This document shows positions 51,113-61,087 of a DNA stretch of 64,000 bases, piece after piece. A program made the position numbers and the translations under genes. The stretch's first letter is position 1. Every line of letters begins with the position of its first letter. The stretch is from the NCBI GenBank assembly GCA_010405405.1, contig MU004237.1:1003345-1067344 (forward strand), written 5' to 3'. The stretch comes from Microthyrium microscopicum. Taxonomy: Eukaryota. Under the pieces are notes generated by a model that saw only the letters and a list, made by a program, of their open reading frames with translations, had not been told where the DNA came from and did no database searches.

Positions 51113-51303
51113 GACTGGCGTTCTCCCATCAGCGTCGATGACTCCCACGATCGCTACTAATTAGAAGGTGTTATAGTTCCCATCACATTCGATAAAATGT
51201 CCATGTCTAAACGCGCTCGATGGTAAATAAAGCATTCGATAGTAGATCGTCTTATATGGGAGCCATCGCACTCGCTGGGAGCGCGCCATTTATTTTGTCG
51301 ACC
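51113..51303 (-). repeat. Second copy of the ~200-bp element found in the NACHT intron (opposite orientation)
   Basis: The reverse complement GTCGACAAAATAAATGGCGCGCTCCCAGCGAGTGCGATGGCTCCCAT...CATGGA...ATCGAATG...GATGGGAG...CCAGTC is colinear with ~951-1140 (GTCGATAAGATACATGGCGCACTCCCATCAAGTGCGATGGCTACCAT...CATGGA...ATCGAATG...GATGGGAG...CCAGTC). Confidence 0.75.
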
Positions 51304-51958
51304 CCTCGATGTGCCATTTATTCGCTTTATTCAGCTTAGAAGCGCTTACGTCTTAGGAATTTGTTAATGCCAATGAAATAAATGGCCCCTTCTACTCAGA
51401 AGGTATGGTGGTAGATATCCCGGTCTGTAAAAGGTCAGCTATGAATTGGTTATTTGTGTAGTCTCATGCTATCACAATGGAAGGCAAGAATGATAACCCC
51501 TGTTTATGGTTAGACTTGTAAAGAAATATCTTCTGGCACATAGTACTCTAAGAGTGGAAATAACTTTCATTTATTATATCTGCAACATAGGACAAGGAGA
51601 TAGCTTTATGCTCTCAAAAGTCCTGTATTAACAGCTCTCGGTTTTGTATAGGAATGATACAAATAGAAAGGCAGCTAATGTACAGTTGTTTGTTGAAATT
51701 TTTAAGACTCTTCTAATCAACGTCCAGTCCCTAATCCCCCTGCCCAACTAGCTTTACATGTCAAATTTGTATGACTAGAATTCTGTGAGCTGTTGGGCTT
51801 ATTATTTCGTTCTCTTAAGCTCAACAAGACATTAGATCCGTGATAATACAAAGATTTGCGCGACGAAGACGTTCAGGCCCAGTGTTGATTAGAGTGGAAA
51901 GTCGGGTTAGAAAAACGTTTATATATTTGTTGAAATGGCAAATTGTGGTTATCTAACT

Positions 51959-52090
51959 GCGTTAGTAGTGTAGGTGAGGGATTTAATCTTTCCGCGATTA
52001 TAAGTTACAAGTCTAACCATAAACAGGGGTTATCATTCTTGCCTTCCATTGTGATAGCATGAGACCGGAGTTCGAGTCTCCGCTAACGCA
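51959..52090 (+). tRNA. tRNA-Gly(TCC) with a 53-nt spliceosomal-type insert in the D-loop (51974-52026) and a 7-nt canonical intron (52049-52055)
   Basis: Acceptor stem GCGTTAG/CTAACGC is perfect. The T-arm is CGGAG-TTCGAGT-CTCCG. After removing the insert the D-arm reads GTGT-AGGGGTTA-TCAT. The anticodon arm is CTTGC-CT-TCC-A^A-GCATG (one T.T mismatch) and the discriminator is A. Confidence 0.85.
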
Positions 52091-52098
52091 TCTTAATG

Positions 52099-52105
52099 TT
52101 TTTTT
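52099..52105 (+). terminator. RNA polymerase III terminator (T7) of the tRNA-Gly gene
   Basis: A run of 7 T starts 9 nt after the discriminator base. Confidence 0.7.
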
Positions 52106-52451
52106 GTTTAATTCTTTTTTGATATCAGAACGAAAAGTGTTGCAGGTTCCATAGACACTTTCTTTTTTGAAGATGTATTGACTTTGGGGTGGGCTGCTCA
52201 TGCTTTTGGCCTGCAATAGCGTGCAATGTGCAGTATTCTCAACGTCAAGTACAAGTGTGTAGCTTTAGATTCCAGGATTGATATACAGTGAATAAGATGC
52301 TATAAGGATAATTTACTGATATATGTAGTAAAAGATAATATTATATCTAGGAGTTAGAATAAGACTCAAGGGAAGTGCCAGGGACGCCGTAGTACATATC
52401 ATTTTGGCAGCATACTCCACAATGCACAGGTACATGACTGTAGATCCACTG

Positions 52452-53106
52452 CCTTATCGAGTACGATGGAAGACTGAGCGTCTTTCAATTTACGTGGAGC
52501 GCTGGCAGACATCGCACTTGCTGGGAGTGCGCTTTCTAAATCCCGTTCTCGTATCGCAACATGTGAGCTTTATGCGTATTTCCAACAAGTACAATGGCAA
52601 GAACAGTACATATAATTTATCAAGAGCGCTGGCGCCCATTGCACTTGATGGGAGTTCCCCGAGCCACTTCCTTAATTCGCACCGCTAATAGTAGATTCCT
52701 GTAGTCTTCCATTAAGTGTGATGGCAAGAACAGTACATCTAGTTTATCAAGAGTGCTGGCGCCCATTGCACTTGATGGGAATACGCCTACCTAGTATCTT
52801 AGTTTGCCACTTGATGGCGGATTTCTGCTGAGTTCCCATCAAGAGTGATGATCAAGTAAGTATATGCTATCTTTTCGAAGGCGTTTGGCGGACATCGCAC
52901 TCGGTGAGAATATGCTTCTATGGCTTCTCTTCAGGCCGAAAGAGATCTAAGATGCGCGCATACTCTCAGCAAGAGCGATGGCAAAGTATATATATATACT
53001 TTATCAAGTGCGCTGGCAGACATCGCACTTGATGAGAGACTGCTCCTAATCTTGGAACTCTGGAAGAGACATTGTGGATTGATCCCATCGAGTACTCTGG
53101 CTGCCA
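52452..53106. repeat. Tandem array of ~5 units (period ~127-130 bp), each a conserved palindromic core plus a variable ~50-nt segment
   Basis: GCTGGC..CATYGCACTTGATGGGA cores start at 52501, 52628, 52755, 52884 and 53012. Partner motifs CCCATCAAGWGYGATGG lie near 52456, 52584, 52711, 52838, 52968 and 53087. Confidence 0.85.
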
Positions 53107-56069
53107 TAAGATGCATAAATAATCTGTTCTGCATAAAAGATGTTAGGAAAGTTAGATAGCATACAGTATTGATCCAGGCTGGTAGCGAAATGTGTGGTCA
53201 ATCACTGAGTTATGGTTAAGATAATGTTGCTATATCCTTAGAGATTTGTTATGATATCTGTATAACTGTCTTCAAAGTAGCCTCTACAAGATTCATCGAG
53301 ATTATAATCTTATATTTCCTCTTGGTAAATTTCGGAACAGCAATATGATCAAGCGGCGGTTTTGAATACGCAGTCTCAATCGTCTCCACTTTCTCCCCTA
53401 AATTCAATGATATGTGCAGATTTGTTCTTTCCTTTTTTCAATTTTGTAAGCTGCTGATTTAACGTCGTAAATACTACTCTAAGAAAGAACAGGCATGAGA
53501 TAAGCGTTCCTTCTCCTCGACCACAATCATAAATTCTCACAGCACATAAGCACCTGGAACGATTCCTGGACAGTTCTTTCGCACAATATAATCCAACGGA
53601 ACTGATTCATTATTCCGCGAACCTGGCATAACGATATAGATACTAGAATCTTAACGACATCGGTTCAGAACGATGGGTTTCCCCGAAACTTGGAACTTTG
53701 TCAACTGCCGTATAGTTTCCGGTAAGGTGTCATTAATCACCATTTCAGGTCAAGTAAAGACTCGGATCTCTCGTATGTCGTGGATGGGTCTCCATCACTT
53801 ACAGTTGCTCGTAGCCAAGTATGCAGATGAGTACCTATCAGAGTGATTCATATTGGGTTATGCTTTGCCGATTGGAGTCACGACGACTTCTACATAAATC
53901 AGTGCTTAACATGCATTTCCAACCAACGGCCTGGGAAAAACAAAGTTATATCTGAAAAGGCATGAGCAATCAAACAATGGAAAACAAGCCAAAAGGATAT
54001 GTCGGTCTTCTACATCCTACATATGCTCCAGTCATGATAAAGACCGAAGCATGTACAGTTTCCGGATGGAGTGCTAACTGAGCGAAGAAGTTCGCCCTTT
54101 AAAGAGAAAGGCGCGGAGGCTGGCGAAGAGAAGATAATATGGTATCGAACAGACAGGTCGTTGAATCAGAGCGAAGTCTACATAAATAAGGTACCTAAGA
54201 TATAAATAGAGGCCCATATCGACCCATTTTCCAAAAAATCCACGCTGTTCCTTCGGGATTTCATACAATTTTCCAGCATATTTAGCAATATATTCGTTAA
54301 CCAACAAATATGAAGTGTAAGCTATTGCGCAATGAACTTCCCCAAACAGTTTCTAACGACTGCCCAGTATCAACTAGCCTCGCTTTCGTCACTCTTGTGG
54401 ACAGTGTTCTTGCTGGAGTCGGGTATATTGTAGCCGAGTTTTACATAATTCGATAACTCATCGTTGCAAAGAGCTGACTTGAATTATCACCCAGCTCTTC
54501 CGAATATGCTAAGAGACCATGTCTGCCGTTTTCATGTGGCAAGAAGAACTGGCAAGCATCTGCGCGTGCTAAGAGATTTCCTATCGAGAAACGAGCGCCT
54601 GAAGTCACAATTGTAGCCGGACAGGGGCGTCCATCTCCTTGTATTGATTATATGCACAAGACTGGAGTTACTCGAAAGAACTTACAATGCAAATCGAGCT
54701 TCAGCGTGCTTGGAAGTTATCCCTTGGAGACACTCATTTAGTTTAGTACGTCGATTCATCACAATCACATACGGCTTTGAATCATACCAACCTTGGAAGG
54801 TTTCTCTGACCTCCTATGCCTCTTGAAGCCTCTCACCTTCCTAATTCCAGCGCTATGATATCTTCGGAACCACTGCCGTCAAAATAAACTTTCATTTTCC
54901 AGTTACTCGCCTAGCATCATCTTGTCAAGACCCTGTGTAGCACATTGAATCACATGCGTGCCCACCCAGACTTCCATCACAGACTAAAATCCGTTGGCCC
55001 GCAATACCGAAGTTAAAACATATTACCTTCCATGGTTTAGCCGACGACTTCTGCGTTGGAACAAGTAGCACCTTGAAGTTCCGCACAGTGCTGGTGTCGG
55101 TGCTATGTCGGTGACGGGATTGAAAATCTGGAGAAAGGGCCGAATCGCGGAAATACTGTCTGGATGATGAGCCACTTGATGTTAGAGGGGCTGATCATAT
55201 CCCATGAGCAGATCAAGAACGGTGGAAGTGGTGAAGATATGCAGGTGCAGATTCAGAGGGTGATGAACGGGATATTCTATGTCGAGTCATGGATGTGCGT
55301 GATGTGTGATGTTGGTGTGGTGAAAATTGAGCGGGGTGGGATCTGCGTTGATGTTGCTATGCTATTAGGACATAGGAGAACGTTACCTGGAGCCTGACAA
55401 TGAGATATTACTTGAAAAAGTGCTGTATTGCTTGAAGGGAAGAGTGGTGGAGGAAGATGGGTTGGCTTGCAGTCTGATGTGTACTAATTGGGAAGCCACG
55501 CAAGGGATTCAAAAGCATGTGAATATATACAAGTGAAACACGCATACCTATAGCAGATGGCCTTTTTGAATGTTTGACCATTGTAGATAGATTGTGATAA
55601 TGTGACTACTCCCCATCATGTCTTCTTCATCCTTACTATTTCTGTGTTTGTTTCTTAAACCCGTATTACGTGGCGATTGTCATGGCATGATACAAGACCC
55701 TACTTCCACGGAGCACATGGATAATTCTCCTAGCTTACCATAAGTTCTAAAAAATACATCGACGGAACAACCGGAAAATTATCTGATCAGACACGAATTC
55801 TCCGACCCCATATATCAATCTCAAATCGTCGTCCGTAGTTGGTCAATATACGCCACAAGGAAGATACATCTGCTCCCTATTTCCTAAAAGAAGATTACTG
55901 ACTACCCCAATACTGACAATACGCTCTAGCTATACCATAATCGCACAACCTTTGAGCATACCAAAATTACTCAATCTTAAGCTCCAACAGTAGCACCAAT
56001 GACAACAATGGAAGCTTCATGTATATAATTTTACCTAGTCGGGCCTTGTTCGAAACGCGTAGTTGTCGC

Positions 56070-57063
56070 TTATCTTAGTTTCTCTCAGACGTAGCAAGCT
56101 GCTTTAAATAGTCACTATAGCTCCCTACCCCTATTAGCACCCCTGTCAACACCCCTGTAATATTTTAAAGCAGCTTACTACGTCTGAGTAACTCTTATTT
56201 ACTTTTAATGAAGGCTCTGTTAACTTTTGTTAACGAATCCTCTTATTTTTAAATAATAATAACGAAGCTAATCTAGCTTTATAAACCTTACCGTTACTAT
56301 TATTCTATTCGTCTTATTCTCCTCTTTTCTTTGTTTTTGTTAGATTCTTTCTATCTCTTTTAGTTGTCTTATAAAGCTTTAGTGACTAAAGTCAATATTT
56401 ATAATTTTCAGGCCAAAACTTCTAACTTAAATAACTTAATAACCATAGCAGCTATAAACAAATAAACAAAACGAGCATAATTCTTAGCTCCTCTTTAAAA
56501 TAAGCGCACTTTCGGAATTTCGATTCGTCTACTTTTGGTAAAGTAAGTCTTCAAAAAGATTAAAAAAGCTTCTATTCCGATTACCTCTTTAGTTTAACAA
56601 CAACCACATTTTATTACTATTTATCTATATGTGCTTATAGATCTCGACGAGCTAAATTGCCTCATTCTTTTAGATTTACTATATCTCTTATAGTTGTTAA
56701 TTAAACAAAGGGTAACGAAATAATGAAATAGTTAACTAGGCTTAGCATTTTTTTATCTCTACGGAAATGACATCTTAGAAGCTAAAGGGTATTAGATTAG
56801 CTTTAAAATAGGCTCTTCTTAAAGCTAAGGTTCTAATCTATAATTTAAATTTGGCACATTTTTGATAACTATAGTAGTTAATTAATAGTTTATAAAAATA
56901 CTTAGAAGAGGCTAAAAAGTTAAGCCGAGATATTAATAAACGAAATAAGAGTCTCTCAGACTGCGTAGCAAAAAGTTAGAACGAGTAGAACGAGATCTAA
57001 TTAGCTAGATCTACTACCCCTGTAGACGCTAAAATTTGCTCGCAGTCTGACTAAGTGAGATAA
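56070..57063. mobile_element. RIP-like degenerate DNA-transposon relic with an 8-bp TSD and subterminal hairpins
   Basis: Abrupt AT-rich, TpA-rich, CpA/TpG-poor block with no ORF. It is flanked by the direct repeat GTTGTCGC (56062-56069 and 57064-57071) and has inverted termini TTATCT...AGATAA. Hairpins lie at 56084-56188 and 56956-57050. Confidence 0.65.
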
Positions 57064-57684
57064 GTTGTCGCGTCTTTTTGGACGAGAGACGCGCAACGCG
57101 TTTTTGGTGATGGGAGGCTGGACCTGGGCGTTGCGGTAGCAAGGTTTCTTTGCTTTTTAGCCGCAGCAGGGCTGAAGGGCCGACTTGGATGGCTTGACCT
57201 TTGAGTTGAATATCGCTGTGCGGCTCTGCTCAAGAATCTGAAAATAGTTTGTGATTTACATGGACTGATCGAATCTTTCATGATGGCCTGTTTTGCAAGA
57301 AGTATATCAGCGTGGCTTTGGCTGCAGAGTGTGTAGAATTGGGGTGTTGATGCATAAGGTGCTGGGACTGCGAATGTCTTCTATGGGTGGATTTTCCTGG
57401 CTATGGAGCGTATTGCGCATGATGGTAGAGAATGAGGTTATAAGGCGGTTCGTGATTGACTCTTTCTGTAGGTTCTGAGACATTTTATTGTCTGGCGAGA
57501 TGTCCCGTTGGAACTTTGTGTTGCCTATTGGTCATGTATTTTACGCAGGCAAGATAGAGCCGATCAGTGAGATTTTGCCGAGAAGTCGACTCTTACAAAT
57601 GGGAATGACCCGTTGGGAAAGAGCTTGAAGAGAATCTAGGCGAAGCTCTAGAGGCTTGAGCGAAGGATTCAGGCGAACTACCTA

Positions 57685-57831
57685 CCGTTTTTACCCTTTC
57701 AGTTGGGATAGGTTAGCGCGGTTTTATAGGCGAGGTTTGTCCGTGAGAAACAGCGAGTCCCTGGCTAAATTCATAGCGCCACCCGCAAGAAAAAGCGCGC
57801 TAACCTATCCCAACTGAAAGGGTAAAAACGG
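57685..57831. mobile_element. MITE, Tc1/mariner-type (TA-flanked, ~36-bp perfect TIRs)
   Basis: CTACCGTTTTTACCCTTTCAGTTGGGATAGGTTAGCGCG (57682-57720) is the exact reverse complement of 57796-57834. The ends read TA|CCGT...ACGG|TA. Confidence 0.82.
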
Positions 57832-60800
57832 TAGATACGCCAGCCAACTTCTACAATTAGCGTTATTAGTGATAGGCGTGAAAATATAGAAATGCAGCAC
57901 CTGAAAGTTGTATCTTGGAAGTACGTACGGGCAAGGTATAGACTCGAATTATATGACACGGCTATTTTACACATTACTTGTGCAATTTTGAGAGGTGAAA
58001 CATATGGCAACGACATACGGTATCGATGGTTGCGAAAGGACTCATGACAACCAGATTACGAATCAAGAAAGTATTGCGCCGTTAGTGGCGGAACGGGCTT
58101 TGATAACGTTGGTTCATGGGCTCTAGAACTTCGCATTCTCGCGCTAGAAGCTTGTCACCACGGGATGAAACGCGACGAGAGTTTAGGATATCTCGACCAG
58201 GCGAACTCTGAGCCTTTAGAGTTGATAATCGCCAATTCACAGAAGCTTCCAATATGAGCATATTGATAATGTTATAGGCACATGAGCAAACCTATTGGTA
58301 ACATTGCATCATGTCTGTGACTCAAGCTAGAAAAAGCTGACGTACACCGTATAAAGAGTATTGATATACATCATCTGTACTCATAATGGGCGGTTGTTAT
58401 CAGTTGACATTTCTGAAACTGTATATCTGTGTCAGTGGAGAGCTGGAATGGTGGGAAGTATTCGGTAGGCTTGAAGTTAGAAAAAGTTTCTTGTACACGG
58501 CAAATGCCTTTGAAATGCAATGACCTGTCAACATTGACCACCGTTGATTATCGGTTGGCGTGTAGTAGTTTGTGTCAAATTCAAATGCTAGATTGGCAAT
58601 TGGTTAGAAAGCGCATAAGCGTAGTGTCATAGCGGGAACGGTGATCCGCGACTAGTATTTTTCTCTCTCCACGAGGATCTGCGCGTGGTGCTCACTGCTG
58701 GACAACCTCTGACCCAAAACTGGGTCGTTGGTATCTAGTACTTACGCTACTGTACGTGATGCTGTAATTAGGTACGAAGGTACGAATGCGAATGTGCGTA
58801 AGAGAATGTGCGTAAGAGAAGTTGTTTGTATAGGTATTGTAACAATACTTAGTATATTGTTTCAACTTTAATAGGAAAATAATGGGACCATACAATGGAA
58901 TGATGAAAGGACAGAAAGATGTATAGTGAACGTCCTAGAGACTCGAGAGAATAATGAATAGGGTACCGTAACGGAGGTAGGTCGAGATCCTTTGACTACT
59001 CGGCAAGTGGATTCGGAACTTTTGACTCGAAATTATATTTCCTTTAGTGTTGTTCGGGACTGTGGGAGAGCGCAGGAGGAATCAGGGGTTTCAAGCCACT
59101 AATGTACAATGAAAGATGGTTTCATGCAACAACAAAAATCGAGATGGAAAGTCTGCAGACGTATCAATTTCAGATACTCCTCGGCTTTAATAGGATTGAG
59201 AGTCATATAAGAAATATGACACTCGCTAGATAAAGGCTACAAATTGTGGAACAGGCGAATCCCTATAGCATTCAGATTAATATTTGCAATCGAGAAAGCG
59301 TTGGTTCTCGTGGTTGGAGAGAGTCAAACATCAATGACAGAGTCTTGTCTGAAACAGCATACCAAACGTGATGAATCGACATTCAACATGTGTGCAAGTT
59401 CAGCTGTGATTGGGATGACGAGCATACCAGGTAGAAACCATGTCTATGCTGTATATCTAATGGTGACATGTCTACAAGAGATGAACCTGAGTTGACCATA
59501 CGGTAATTATCTCTTCGTCATCGGGGTTTTTGATACCAACCTCATGTTTTATAGATCGCCAATATTCCAGTCTGGACTTTGAAGCAGTGATTGAAGTAAA
59601 GCTGGAGAAAAAACAAAGGGACCAATTGAGAATGGTTAAGATGAGCGCTGTCAAGCTCAAAGAGGAATAGCTCATGGCCAATGACCCCTGAATCCCGCCT
59701 TGGCCGCCTCGCCAGTGGCCGGCAGGGATGCAAAGTTGAGGCAGCGCAGCGAATAGGGAAAAAGACTGTTACTGGTGAAAAGTGGCCAGGCGAAAAAGGG
59801 GGTTCCATAATTCTATGCAGCCGTGGAAATGTTGAAACTGCAATGGTCAGCCAAAAGAAATGGCAACTAGGGATTGGGATATCATACAATCAGACTTGTA
59901 GGGTCAATCGACGAGTGAAGCTGAGAGTTTATGTATAGCCGTTGACAATCATGGACGCAAAGTCCAACAGTTGTCGTCGTTGGTAACGGATTGAAGGTTG
60001 ATTGATCAAATTAAAGCCAGCCCAGTCCCTGTTGAGCACGTCGAGAGCGCAGTGTGGTGGTGATTGTTCTGGCAGTTGATCCCTGCTTTGCTGCACCTGC
60101 CACGACGGTACAGGCCTTTTTTGGTTTGGAGCCACTCTTGTTGCGCGTGTGTGTCCGCCGCCCGTTCTCCTTAGGACTCAGGAACCAAAGAGGATCAAGA
60201 CTCCAGCGCAAGCCCAGCCTGCAAGCCAGAAAGCCAGTGAGCCAGGCCAAGGAACGAGCACGAGGCAAGTCCTTCTGAAGTTCTGGTCGTCGTTTCCCAT
60301 CACAGACTCCAAGACCCTTTGACCTTTCCAAATTGGCCAGGTACCTCCTTCCATCCTTTTCCAACATCGTGCCTTCCCCATCACATCGCGCAAACACTTC
60401 GCTCCTTCCTTCTTCCGCCAACGTTGCGAGGAAACTGCGACCACCACTACTTCGCGCCTTGGCACTCCCTCAACCAAACCATCAACACCATCACAACAAC
60501 TTCAAGTCAACTCAACTCCTCAACAAACTCTTTCAACATTGATTTGCTGACGCGCTGCCTTTGGATTCTGGAGACCATATACCCCCCACATCACCTCCTT
60601 ACCAGAACACCGAGTCCCAATCGACGCCTGCATCATCCCTAATCCCTAATCCCTCAACCCATCAACAACCAACAACTTCAACCCCTGGAAATAGGTTGCC
60701 TTCGCTACCATCCCAGTTCATCTATACCTCCCGGCTCCCCCGTGCTGTCCAAGTCGCCTTGCGCTTTTCTGCCCTGACCCAAGTGCGTGGATCGCATTCT

Positions 60801-61087
60801 CACTTCCGACTGCCGTCTGCCTCGTGGTCTGCTGTTGAATCGCTGCTCTCCGCTTCCCTGGATACTCGACGTCCCAAACTTCGCGCTGCATATCTATCTA
60901 CAAACTGTAGCCTGGATTTGCCCTGTGCCCGAGATCCCATCTCTTCCCTGCCCATTAATATCCAAAACAAGACACTTAGCTGGTTCTGTCCAATCCGCGA
61001 AAAATAACGTCACGTTTGTCAACCCGCGGCGCTCGCGCTGTCAGCCAGCCCGACCCTGAAGGTCAACGTCCCCCTTTTGCTATCGCC

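Noticed and set aside
52452..53106. Calling the repeat/spacer array a CRISPR
   Set aside because: The context is fungal with no cas genes. The repeats are long and degenerate, and spacers 2 and 3 still resemble each other, which points to tandem duplication rather than spacer acquisition.
53200..56000. Possible gene remnants on the minus strand
   Set aside because: Frequent stops and no recognisable domain or consistent exon chain.
58788..58820. Short tandem duplication GAATGTGCGTAAGA x2
   Set aside because: Ordinary slippage duplication.
59200..61050. ORFs of 100-150 aa upstream of the kinesin
   Set aside because: Low-complexity composition typical of a long promoter or 5' UTR, with no family motifs.
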